Below, piece after piece: positions 39,363-50,778 of a DNA stretch of 64,000 nt. Location of the stretch: positions 42,532,001-42,596,000 of the forward strand of contig OZ024750.1 in NCBI GenBank assembly GCA_964016885.1, in the 5' to 3' direction. This stretch comes from Eledone cirrhosa (lineage: Eukaryota). The notes beneath the pieces were generated by a model. The model made no database searches. It was not told the DNA's origin and saw nothing but the letters and a program-made list of their open reading frames with translations. Numbering within the stretch: the first letter of the stretch is position 1; each line of letters opens with the position of its first letter. A program made the translations under genes and the position numbers.

Positions 39363-41364
39363 TTCCTTGAATCTCAGTCATTGATGTTGGTTAACTGGAA
39401 AGTCCGTTGGATTGAATATCAAGCCACTACCTGCAGCCTCAGATATTCAGGACGTATCGGAGGGTTCTTGCCGTTCCAAGCAAGCATGCCTTTTGAAGCG
39501 TTCCAAAAAGCGTGAAGGGGCCGATTTTCTTTAACCATCCCTGGAAATCTTTGGAGATAGTCCCCAGTGCGCCTATGACAATCGGGATCACTTTGACTTC
39601 ATGGCAGTTACAAATCCTTTTCATCTCCCACTTTAGGTCCTGGTATCGGTTAATTTTCTCCCTCTCCTTCTCTTGCACTCTCGTGTCGAACGGGCAGGCC
39701 ACATCCACAATCAGGCACGATCTTTTTTCTTTGTCCACAACCACCAGGTCAGGTCTATTGTGTTCCAGTTTTTTATCCGTCTGTATCCTAAAATCCCACA
39801 GCACCTTCACCTGACTGTTCTCCATCACCGCCTCTGGCCTATGCTCATACCATTTCTCAGAATGTGGTAGATTGTTTACTTTGCACAGGTGCCAGTGGAT
39901 CACCCTGCCCATCACATCGTGTCTCCAGCCCTTATAGTGGGTCTGGGCTAGGTGTTTACACTCGGACACAATGTGAGCCACAGTCTCCTCTCTCTTTCCA
40001 CAGATCCTGCACAGTGGGCTAGCCTCCTCCTTGTAGATATGGTGCTTCAACCACTTCGTTTTGAGGGCCTGCTCCTGCGCAGCCATTAGCATTCCTTCTG
40101 TAGCCTTTTTGAGGTCTCCTCTTCTCAACCAGTTCCATGTCTGTGGATCTCTAAATTCAGTTTTCTCAAAGAAGGTACTATGAAGGGATTTTCCCTTAAG
40201 GCTGCTCTTCCTCCTTGATGTTATTTCCTCCTTGGACATCCCTTGGCCTACTGTCCCCTCCTTCAGTACAGTTTTGAGCATTGGCTCCTTACTATAGGTC
40301 ACGTATTTGTATAGGTTGTTTTTCTCCATCTGAACACAGTCCTCTATGCTGATAAGACCTCTTCCACCCTCAGATCTCCTTAGGTAGAGTCTATCGACAT
40401 CACTCCTCTTGTGGAACATGTTGTAGATAGTCAATAGCTTCTTAGTCTTCCTATCCATTTCTTTTTGTTCAGCAACATTCCATCTCAGAATTCCCGCACT
40501 GTACCTAATAATAGACACAGCTCGGGAATTTACTGCGCTTATGGCATTTCTGCTGTTCAGATGTGACTTCAATACGCTCCTTACTCTCCGAATGTATTCA
40601 GTTGTTAACAATTCCTTCATTTTTTTGTTCTTTATGCCATCAGCCTCCAGAACGCCCAAATACTTGTATCCTTCCTCAGAGTCAATTTCCTTTATCATCT
40701 CACCTGTTGGTATCTGGATCCCGTTACTTCTGCTCAACCTACCCCTCCTCATCACAATGACTCCACATTTACCAATACCAAACTGCATACATATATCACT
40801 GCTGAAAATACGGACAGTGTCAACAAGCACATCCAACTCCTTCTCACTTTTCCCGAAGAGCTTAAGATCGTCCATGAAGAGGAGGTGATTGATGGTAAGC
40901 TCTCCCCTTCCCAACTTGTATCCTGCTCTCACTTTTCGCAGCATAATGGTCAAGGGCATCAGGGCAAGGACAAACAACAGAGGGGACAGGCTATCTCCCT
41001 GGAAGATACCTCTCTTGATCTTCACGCTTCCCAAGGATACTCCAGTTGATGTCAACTCTGTCTCCCAGGACCCCATACTCCTGCCCAGCAACTGTCTGAT
41101 GTTATCTGCCACCCTGAAGATCTCCAGGCTTTTGGTGATCCAGGAATGAGGCACCATGTCAAATGCCTTTCTGTAGTCTATCCATCCCATGGCAAGATCA
41201 GTGTGTCTCCTCCTGCAATTCCCCATTACCATCTTATCAATAAGCAACTGGTCCTTTGTACCACGTGACTTCTTTCGGCATCCTTTCTGTTCGTCCGGCA
41301 ACAAGTTGTTTGTGTGGAGGTGATGGTAGATTTCCTCAGACACAATGCTCGTCAACAGTTTCCA
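39363..41364 (-). mobile_element. 5'-truncated R4/Dong-type non-LTR retrotransposon, copy A (RT + CCHC + restriction-like endonuclease), in (TAA)n
   Basis: Short 3' UTR ending tgactgagattcaagg followed by (taa/tag)n on the element strand. The 5' end is cut within RT and abuts (taa)n. Confidence 0.9.
39439..41355 (-). CDS. Partial RT-RLE polyprotein (open, N-terminally truncated)
   Basis: [68 protein letters not shown]. Confidence 0.9.
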   Translation of the reverse strand: MTSIVSEEIYHHLHTNNLLPDEQKGCRKKSRGTKDQLLIDKMVMGNCRRRHTDLAMGWIDYRKAFDMVPHSWITKSLEIFRVADNIRQLLGRSMGSWETELTSTGVSLGSVKIKRGIFQGDSLSPLLFVLALMPLTIMLRKVRAGYKLGRGELTINHLLFMDDLKLFGKSEKELDVLVDTVRIFSSDICMQFGIGKCGVIVMRRGRLSRSNGIQIPTGEMIKEIDSEEGYKYLGVLEADGIKNKKMKELLTTEYIRRVRSVLKSHLNSRNAISAVNSRAVSIIRYSAGILRWNVAEQKEMDRKTKKLLTIYNMFHKRSDVDRLYLRRSEGGRGLISIEDCVQMEKNNLYKYVTYSKEPMLKTVLKEGTVGQGMSKEEITSRRKSSLKGKSLHSTFFEKTEFRDPQTWNWLRRGDLKKATEGMLMAAQEQALKTKWLKHHIYKEEASPLCRICGKREETVAHIVSECKHLAQTHYKGWRHDVMGRVIHWHLCKVNNLPHSEKWYEHRPEAVMENSQVKVLWDFRIQTDKKLEHNRPDLVVVDKEKRSCLIVDVACPFDTRVQEKEREKINRYQDLKWEMKRICNCHEVKVIPIVIGALGTISKDFQGWLKKIGPFTLFGTLQKACLLGTARTLRYVLNI

Positions 41365-41639
41365 CTATTACTATTACTATTATTACTATTATTATTATTA
41401 CTATTGTTATTATTATTACTATTATTACTATAACTATTATTACTATTATTAATATTACTATTATTACTATTATTATTATTACTATTATTACTATTATTAT
41501 TATTATTATTATTATTACTATTATTAATATTACTATTATTACTATTATTATTATTATTATTATTATTACTATTACTATTATTATTATTATTAATATTACT
41601 ATTATTACTATTATTATTATTATTATTATTATTGTTGTT

Positions 41640-43135
41640 ATTCCTTGAATCTCAGTCATTGATGTTGGTTAACCGGAAAGTCCGTTGGAATGAATATCAA
41701 GCCACTACCTGCAGCCTCAGATATTCAGGACGTATCGGAGGGTTCTTGCTGTTCCAAGCAAGCATGCCTTTTGAAGCGTTCCAAAAAGCGTGAAGGGGCC
41801 GATTTTCTTTAACCATCCCTGGAAACTTTTGGAGATAGTCCCCAGTGCGCCTATGACAATCGGGATCACTTTGACTTCATGGCAGTTCCAAATCCTTTTC
41901 ACCTCCCACTTTAGGTCCTGGTATCGGTTAATTTTCTCCCTCTCCTTCTCTTGCACTCTCGTGTCGAACGGGCAGGCCACATCCACAATCAGACACGATC
42001 TTTTTTCTTTGTCCACAACCACCAGGTCAGGTCTATTGTGTTCCAGTTTTTTGTCCGTCTGTATCCTAAAATCCCACAGCACCTTCACCTGATTGTTCTC
42101 CATCACCGCCTCCGGCCTATGCTCATACCATTTCTCAGAATGTGGTAAATTGTTTACTTTGCACAGGTGCCAGTGGATCACCCTGCCCATCACATCGTGT
42201 CTCCAGCCCTTATAGTGGGTCTGGGCTAGGTGTTTACACTCGGACACAATGTGAGCCACAGTCTCCTCTCTCTCTCCACAGATCCTGCACAGTGGGCTAG
42301 CCTCCTCCTTGTAAATATGGTGCTTCAACCACTTCGTTTTGAGGGCCTGCTCCTGCGCAGCCATTATCATTCCTTCTGTAGCCTTTTTGAGGTCTCCTCT
42401 TCTCAACCAGTTCCATGTCTGTGGATCTCTAAATTCAGTTTTCTCAAAGAAGGTACTATGAAGGGATTTTCCCTTAAGGCTGCTCTTCCTCCTTGATGTT
42501 ATTTCCTCCTTGGACATCCCTTGGCCTACTGTCCCCTCCTTCAGTACAGTTTTGAGCATTGGCTCCTTACTATAGGTCACGTATTTGTATAGGTTGTTTT
42601 TCTCCATCTGAACACAGTCCTCTATGCTGATAAGACCTCTTCCACCCTCAGATCTCCTTAGGTAGAGTCTATCGACATCACTCCTCTTGTGGAACATGTT
42701 GTAGATAGTCAATAGCTTCTTAGTCTTCCTATCCATTTCTTTTTGTTCAGCAACATTCCATCTCAGAATTCCCGCACTGTACCTAATAATAGACACAGCT
42801 CGGGAATTTACTGCGCTTATGGCATTTCTGCTGTTCAGATGTGACTTCAATACGCTCCTTACTCTCCGAATGTATTCAGTTGTTAACAATTCCTTCATTT
42901 TTTTGTTCTTTATGCCATCAGCCTCCAGAACGCCCAAATACTTGTATCCTTCCTCAGAGTCAATTTCCTTTATCATCTCACCTGTTGGTATCTGGATCCC
43001 GTTACTTCTGCTCAACCTACCCCTCCTCATCACAATGACTCCACATTTACCAATACCAAACTGCATACATATATCACTGCTGAAAATACGGACAGTGTCA
43101 ACAAGCACATCCAACTCCTTCTCACTTTTCCCGAA

Positions 43136-43136
<1 letters not shown>
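41640..43136 (-). mobile_element. 5'-truncated R4/Dong-type element, copy B, highly similar to copy A
   Basis: Colinear with 39363-40858 with scattered substitutions. Truncated just downstream of the FMDD motif and flanked by (TTA)n on both sides. Confidence 0.9.
41717..43114 (-). CDS. Partial RT C-terminus + CCHC + RLE endonuclease (truncated)
   Basis: Same motifs as copy A from YKYLG onward. Confidence 0.85.
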   Translation of the reverse strand: MDVLVDTVRIFSSDICMQFGIGKCGVIVMRRGRLSRSNGIQIPTGEMIKEIDSEEGYKYLGVLEADGIKNKKMKELLTTEYIRRVRSVLKSHLNSRNAISAVNSRAVSIIRYSAGILRWNVAEQKEMDRKTKKLLTIYNMFHKRSDVDRLYLRRSEGGRGLISIEDCVQMEKNNLYKYVTYSKEPMLKTVLKEGTVGQGMSKEEITSRRKSSLKGKSLHSTFFEKTEFRDPQTWNWLRRGDLKKATEGMIMAAQEQALKTKWLKHHIYKEEASPLCRICGEREETVAHIVSECKHLAQTHYKGWRHDVMGRVIHWHLCKVNNLPHSEKWYEHRPEAVMENNQVKVLWDFRIQTDKKLEHNRPDLVVVDKEKRSCLIVDVACPFDTRVQEKEREKINRYQDLKWEVKRIWNCHEVKVIPIVIGALGTISKSFQGWLKKIGPFTLFGTLQKACLLGTARTLRYVLNI

Positions 43137-43174
<38 letters not shown>

Positions 43175-43383
43175 GGCGACCTACGTAGGAAATCGTATTA
43201 TCGTGAGCTCCGCAAAGGTTTGTTATTTCCGTTTGTTTAAAAATTGCCATTTATGGAAAATTTTATTGTTAACTGTTTATAAGCACACATACATTGTTTT
43301 CCGAAAAGGACACCTAAAAAGATTGGGGCCTTGTGCCCAAAATTTTAACTTTTATTATTATCAAAAAATTTCTTTGAAAAAAA

Positions 43384-45390
43384 ATGGCTACTTCACCTCT
43401 GCACGAAGCAGCTGAAAGCCTTCCTCACAAAATAACACCTCACACCGACACCACCATTGTAAATGTTACTACGTTTGCCAACACAAAAAAAATATAAGCA
43501 GTAGCAATATTTTAAATTTGTCTCAGGCAGACATTCATTTCCCGCCATTACCAATGACTGCAGGTGTTAAAGCCTCCACCACCACCACCACCGCGACAAC
43601 CACCACCACCACCGCGACAACCACCACCACCACCACCACCGCGACAACAGAAACAAAAGAAGAAAAAAATAAATTAACTCGTGATGTCGAAATGAAATCA
43701 AGCAAAATGGACTCTTCCCCACCAAAGACGACTGACGTCACCACCACAACTGAAACTAAAATTAATATTAACGATAGCAACAACAACAACAATGACATTA
43801 TAACCCCCCCCCCCCCCTCAGTTTCGCCAGAGTAGCAAAACAATTCGAAGCATTTACCGTAACTCAAGAAGATTTAGAAAATGCCAAACAAATGGTAAAG
43901 AAAGATGGGTACAGGGTCAGCCTCACCCCCCCACCTAATAAAATGGAGCATCGGCGCCTATGCACCGTGTCGTATAGAACAATAAATGTAAAATCGCGCC
44001 GAGTGGAACGGGCATCCGAGTCCCAAATCCAAAAAGCTTTGGGACATGTGCGGGCAAGAAAAACCCACATCAGACGTGGGCAAAAGTATGGAACCGTGGA
44101 TGTGTTCTTTGAAACACCAGAGGAGGCTAGAGAACACTCCATGGCCCCATTAAAAAGTGACGACTTCACACTCGTCCCAAGCTATTGTGGCCAGAGACTC
44201 GTAAAGATCAGGGTGACCCACGTTCCACCGGCCATCGAAATTCCCTGGCTAATAGCGGCTGTCCTCGCCGGCATCGAGGCCAACACGAAAATAATAACAA
44301 TAGCAAAAGAAAAGCAGGAAAACTGGTCCGGATCTGGGATGGAGCTCCTGATCCAAGCGGACCAAAAAAGCATTGAGGAGATCCCAGAGGTAATAGACCT
44401 CACTGACGGCAGCCACCTCACGGTAATTGTCGAGGGCAGAAGACCTAGGTGTGTCGTTTGTGGTGAAGGAACCCACCTAAGGGCTTTCTGCCCTCAGGCT
44501 AAAAGGTTGAGGCCACCTCTCCTACCCACCCCAGTGACACAACCATCAACACCACCAGTAGCAGAGATGCCAGCAACAACTGTAGCAGCAACAACAGAAG
44601 CAACTATAACAGCAACAACCCCAGCAACAGTAGCAAAACCAACACCACTACCACCACCAGCAAAACCAACATCACCACCACCCAACGCTTCAGAACTAGC
44701 ACCAGCGCCTACACCATCCACCACACCACAACCAAAACTAACGGCTGTGGAGGATTTTCCACTCCCCGGCCTATCACAACTGGAGACAGATTGTGACGAC
44801 GAGGAGTGGGAAACGATATCCGGAAAAAAAAAAGAAACCAAAAAAGAAAAAATTCTCTTCCTCCCCCCTCCAAAAACAAAATACAGAGGGAAACAAATAA
44901 ACTAAGAAACAAAAAAGTTAGGACAGATATGCCACCATCCACACCAGCATCACCAACCCCATCAACCCAAACACCAACACCATCACCATCATTAACCCCA
45001 ACACCACCATCACCTACACCACAAAAGTCACCAAAATGCGAAACAGAAACAAACCCACAACAAACGCAAACAAAACAAAACAACCAAAACGATACACACT
45101 ACACAGCATTAAATTTGAACAACAAGCAATTATTGCACTACATCCAACACAACACCAGCATCACAGAAAAAGACTACACAACAACCCCAAAATTCACACC
45201 ACCTCCACACATACAAATCACTCGCATCACACAGAAAACGTACATGACACTAAAACAAAAATTCCCCAAAGACATCGGAGACTTCCGACAAGCACTCTCC
45301 AGGAGGATTTATAAGGACATCCTTCCTGAGGAGGCCACAAGCAGTGAAAAGGATGGAAAAACCGTCCTTCCCCTACGAGAAGTAAGGTAA
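43384..45390 (+). pseudogene. LINE ORF1 (CCHC knuckle) broken by three homopolymer frameshifts
   Basis: ATG at 43384 (MATSP). Frame changes at A8 (~43485), C14 (~43804) and A10 (~44824). CVVCGEGTHLRAFC lies in 43892-44905. The breaks may be assembly errors. Confidence 0.7.
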
Positions 45391-45424
45391 GTGGTCTTTC
45401 CCATCTTTTCCACTCCTTTTCAAT

Positions 45425-48400
45425 ATGACCTCACTCAGAATAGGCAGCATAAATGCGCGTGGCTTGGGGTCGTCATGGAAGCAGGGCCACCTGCTCAACG
45501 ACCTCAGGTCACTAAACATAGATGTAGTGGCCATCAGCGAGACCAGAATCTCCGAAGCACAGGCTTTCGCACCGATCTTCGGCGGCTACGATGTGTACGC
45601 ATCTCCCAGCCGTCCGGGATCGGGGGGAGGAGTTGCTGTGCTTTTTCGGAGAGGTTTGGATCTTGCCATACGGGCCATCTTCCTGGACCCAGAAGGTAAG
45701 TTGGTGGTGCTGGACGTGACCAGCGGAGACGGGCAAGCTTTCAGGTTAGTGGCCGTCTATGCCCCGACAGGAGCAGGGCGGCCTGATTTCTTCCGGCGTC
45801 TGGAGACCTTTCTTGGAACGTCCCGCTCTTTAGTGTTAGTGGGCGACTGGAACGGGATCTTAGATGCACGCTGGGATTGTGTGGGATTAGTGGATAGGGA
45901 AGGAGGGTGCAAGAGTCTCACCAACCTGCTCAGACGTTTTGAACTGTCTGACAGGTACCGAATGGATTTCCCGAATGTACCAATGTGGACTTGGACAAAT
46001 CGCATAGTGTCATCCAGATCATATCTAGATAGAGTATTTTGTAGGGAAATAGATAGGTCTAGCATAGGCTGTCCACAATTCAAGATAGTCAGCTACACGG
46101 ACCACAAATTCGTGATCTGTGTGCTTGACTTAGATAGGCTTTATAGACAAGGACCCGGCTACTGGAAGCTAAACGCGTCCTTACGAGCGCGAAGGCCTAC
46201 AGAGACCGGATTAGCGAACTAGTTAAGCGGGCGTTGACGGGGGCCATCGTCAACAACAAGTGGTGGTTTGCTCTGAAAAGAGCAATTAGAATAGAGTCCA
46301 TTAGGTTTAGTAAGACTTTAGCAATAGAGAAAACTAGAGCAGAGGGAGAGTTAGTTAGAAAATTAGATGAGGCGCTTAGCAAAGGCATCGCGACCGACGT
46401 ACTTGCGGCGAAATTGGCCCTTGACCAATTCTTCAATGCAAAGCACGAAGGCTGCGTTGTCAGAGCTAGGGTGCGTGCTCTCAGACACGAGGGGACGAAA
46501 GCCGTTCAATGGGCCCGAGTGGCGGAGGCGCGTCGTGGCAACAAAGCCACGATCCGGTCTTTGGTGGACCACGACGGGCGCATGCTACTCGATCCCGGGC
46601 AAATGTGTGAAGCTTTTCAGCGACACTTCGCTCAACTGTTCGGGGGCAGTGGCGGGCCGGATCGAGGGATGGACTTTAGTGTCTACCTCGACGGACTGCC
46701 GCGGCTTTCGGCCACTGAGGCGGAGTGTTGCGAAAAGCCGATAACAACCGCTGAAGTACGGGATGCAATGACTAGTTGCACAAGGGGTAAATCGCCTGGT
46801 TTGGATGGTCTGCCCTATGAACTTTACGTACAAATGCCAAACTTGTTCGGAGGCCTCTTGGCGGACGTCTACTGCAACTGGCAACAGAACGGGAGAATTC
46901 CCAGCTCTGTGAGCCGAGGAGCGGTGGCGCTGCTGAGAAAGGATCCGAACAAGGGGGATAACATAGATAATTTTAGGCCCATAACTCTGCTAAACACAGA
47001 GTTCAAGATTTTGGCCAAGGTGCTAGCAAAGAGGTTGGCGCTTGTCGTTGGTGGTCTGGTGGGAGAGGCACAGACATGCGCCATTCCCGACAGATCCATC
47101 CACGACAACCTCCACCTCATGCGATACATCGTAGAGAGGGTAGCTAAGGAACCTGGCACGGGTGGGTCTTTGATCAATTTAGATCAGTCGAAAGCCTTCG
47201 ATAGGGTCGACCATCGTTACCTAGCGGCAGTCCTGAGGGCGGCTGGCTTTGGGCCCGTCTTCAGAGGCTTGATCGCTGCCATGCACAGCGACATCTGCTC
47301 TGTAGTGAGAGTGAACGGTCACCTTTCGGAACCGTTCAACATCATGCGCTCGGTCCGCCAAGGATGTCCCCTCTCGTCCCTCTTGTACGTATTGACTCTC
47401 GAGCCATTACTGCACAAACTGGAGACGTTGAGGGGAGTCCCGCGCGAACTAGGATGCGGAAGATCCGTGTCAGCATATGCGGACGATGTCACCGTAGTGG
47501 TGTCGAACGCCAAACACATCGAGGCGATCGGCACTACACTAAGAGAATACGAAGCGGTGACAGGAGCAATGATCAACCAGGAAAAGTCAGTGGGCCTGCA
47601 GCTCGGCACCTGGAGAGGCAGGTCCATGCCGTCCAACAGCGTCGTCGGACGCTGGACGGACGGACCGGTTAAATTGCTAGGGGTCTGGTTCGGTCCGGAC
47701 CTCCAGACGGACAAAAACTGGGACGAGGTGACGAGCAGGGTGGCTTATCTCACCCAGAAATGGGCGGAGAGGAAGCTATCCCTGAAAGGTCGAGCGGAGG
47801 TGGCTAACGCGTACATCGCGTCTGTCATCTGCTACCGCCTGACCGTCGTACCTTGTCCTAAGCCTCGCCTGACTGCGCTGGAGCGTTTGCTCTTTCGCTT
47901 TTTGTGGAAGGGACGTGCTCCGATGGTCAGGCGGTCCATCTGTTGTCAACACCCGCTACGTGGAGGGCTGGGCATGCCGTGGCTGATGATGCGCAGGCAC
48001 GCGCTCAGGCTACGACATCTCTACCTCTTCCTCGACGGTGATCAGGTGTGGTCGCCGTTTGCTAGGCGCGTATTTCCCCAGCTCGTTTCCTTGACGGAGC
48101 TGCAGTCCTGGGTCAAGCGAAGACCGAGAGGGAGCGCCTGGAGACTGGAATGTCTTCAGGCGCTCACAGCCCTCGACCAATCGGGCAATGTGATCGGTGG
48201 AAACTCCACCTCGGCGTTCTATAGAGGATTAGTGGAGGGTAAGAGCGACGACGTACTTGGGGAAACTCTAGGCGTCGACGAAAATCAACTAGCCAATCTC
48301 TTCGGAAGAACTTTCGGGCCGGGGCCTATGGACAACTTCCAGAAATCTCTGGCCTGGCAGTGCTACCGAGGAGCCTTGCCAGTTCGGGATAAACTCTACA

Positions 48401-48843
48401 GGCATGGAGGTGCCGTCAGCCGGGCATGTCCGAGATGCGCGCAGGGCGACGAAACCGTCCTGCACGCACTCGTCCAGTGTCCGAAAATTGCTGACTTGTG
48501 GGTTTATGTCGAACACCTGCTGTCGCGTTTAGGACGGATCCAGCTATCATCTGAGTCCATCGTGAGGATTGCCCCGCCCTCCTCCTTTAGCCGGGAAGGG
48601 CAGGCAGTTTTTATCTGTCTGGTGGCCATGGCGAAAGAGATAGTATGGTGGACACGTTTGAAAGGGCTGAAGACGAGCACTTACCTCTTCGGTGATGCTC
48701 TGATTGACTTTTTCAAATTTCATTTGAAAAGGAAAATCAGAGTAGAGAGGGAAGTGCTCTCTTCCCAGCATTTTGTTGAAAGATGGGTGAGAGAAGCAAG
48801 AATGGCCCGAGTGAATGGGCCTACTCTGAGTATATATCTGTAA
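45425..48843 (+). pseudogene. LINE ORF2 (APE + RT + zinc knuckle) with a 1-nt frameshift near 46190
   Basis: 45425-46222 has INARG, SET, YAP, GDWN, TDH. The frame resumes as AYRDRISELVKRALTGAIVN. QGCPLS, YADD and CPRC..HALVQC follow. Confidence 0.88.
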
Positions 48844-49346
48844 ATTAAAGGTGGAAAACTGGGAGAGGGCACTTGCCTTGGTGGTCAGGGTCATTGTGGC
48901 TTTTTACTGGGCTTTCTCCACAAATGTCCCTCCGAAGTCTGCCCCCTATTGGGGAATTTTTCATTGTTATTTTCATTGTTATTTTTGTTACATCCTCTGT
49001 TTTTGTTTTTTTACACGCAGAAATGCCCATTTGTACTGTCCTGCATTGTCCTGCACTGTCCTTAATGTCTACTTTATGTAAACCCTTGTGGTTAATAAAG
49101 AAATCATTATTATTACTATTATTATTATTATTACTATTACTATCATTATTATTATTATTATTATTACTATTATTACTATTATTATTATTATTATTGACAA
49201 TCATTATTGAGGAATAGTTAATGTGTTTCCTCTCCTCATCAGAAAAACACCAAAAGACCAATGAAACTATTTTCAAATGAAAAGAGAATAATGTTTATCT
49301 CACTGCATCTAAAATACAATTTTACAATTTTATTTCTCTCTCATTC

Positions 49347-49781
49347 TTGTTGTTGTTGTTGTTGTTGTAGTTGTTGTTTTGTTCATTTGGTTGTTCTTGT
49401 CCTGGTTGTTGTTGTTATTGTTGTTATTGCTGTTGTTGTTGTTTTGGTCTTCTGGTTTTTCTTGTCCTGGTTGTTGTTATTGTTGTTATTGCTGTTGTTG
49501 TTGTAGTTGTAGTTTTGTTCATCTGGTTGTTCTTGTCCTGGTTGTTGTTATTGTTGTTATTGCTGCTGTTGTTGTAGTTGTAGTTTTGTTCATCTGGTTG
49601 TTCTTGTCCTGGTTGTTGTTGTTATTGTTGTTATTGCTGTTGTTGTTGTTGTTGTTTTGGTCTTCTGGTTGTTCTCATCCTGGTTGTTGTTATTGTTGTT
49701 ATTGATGTTGTTGTTGTTGTTGTTTTGGTCTTCTGGTTGTTCTTGTCCTGGTTGTTGTTGTTGTTGTTGCTGTTGTCCTGG

Positions 49782-49814
<33 letters not shown>

Positions 49815-50430
49815 TGTTGTTTGTTGTTCTGGTTGTTTGTTGTGTATATTTTTTTTTACTTGCAAATGACTTTCTATTTTGTTTTAAATATATTCTTGCT
49901 GTTGTTGTAGTTGTTGTGTTGTTGTTGTAGTTGCTGTTGTTGTTGTTGTTGTTATATGCTGCGATCTGCTAGACCAAATATTGTTGCTGTTGTTGTTGTT
50001 GTTGTTGTTGTTAAATGCTGAGATCTGCTAGACCAGATATTGCTGTTGTTGCTGTTGTTGTCGTTGTTGTTATATGCTGAGATCTGCTAGACCAGATATT
50101 ACTTGAGGCATTTATTTAACTAGTGGAATGGAAAATAGATATAAAATGCTATTGTTGTGGCAGATGTTGTTGGTGTTGTTGTTGATGTTGTTGATGTTGT
50201 TGATGGTGCTGGTGTCGGTGTTGGCGGCGGTGTTATTGGTGTTGGTGGTGGTGTTATTGGTGTTGGTGGTGGTGTTGTTGGTGTTGGCGGTGGTGGTGGT
50301 GCTGATGTTGGTGGTGGTCTTGGTGGTGCTGTTGTTAGTGGTGGTGTTGGTGGTGTTGGTGGTGGTGGTGCTGATGTTGGTGGTATAGGTGCTGATGTTG
50401 TTGTTGTTGTTGTTTGTGATGTTTGTGTTG
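49347..50430. repeat. (GTT)n/(GGT)n-rich low-complexity region with short imperfect tandem units
   Basis: Repeated ggttgttcttgtcctggttgtt blocks and three copies of atgctg(a/c)gatctgctagacca. Confidence 0.85.
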
Positions 50431-50778
50431 TTGGTGTTGGACTTCACACCAGTCTCAGAGGTCCTAGGAAAGGTCATGAACCCGACTCTTTCCTTAACTA
50501 AACAACAGAACAAATTGTCTCTCCAGAGTTTTGAAAAGTGGATTTACAATGATGATGGTAATCACCATGGTATGTCCCCACCCCTCAGTAATGAGGGTGG
50601 GGTAGTGGTGAGGGAGAAGACTCAGTAGAAAGCCCTGGGGTAATTGTCTATAGTTGCTGACCCTCAGTAATGAGGGTGAGAAGTGACCTGACCTCCTCAC
50701 CTGATCAACATGGTCATGGGACATGAGCAGTGATTGCGGTGAATATATGAATGGTGGAGATAAATGTTTAATGGCGTC

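Larger units (their letters stand above)
43175..49103 (+). mobile_element. Near full-length L1/Tx1-type LINE (copy 2, distinct subfamily) inserted in (TTA)n
   Basis: 5' end ggcgacctacgtagga..tgagctcc directly after (tta)n. 3' end cccttgtggttAATAAAgaaa followed by (tta)n. ORF2 is clearly homologous to copy 1. Confidence 0.93.

Noticed and set aside
49221-49250. Minus-strand CTGATGA..GAAAC hammerhead-like match
   Set aside because: Stems I and II cannot form, so it is a chance match or too decayed to call.
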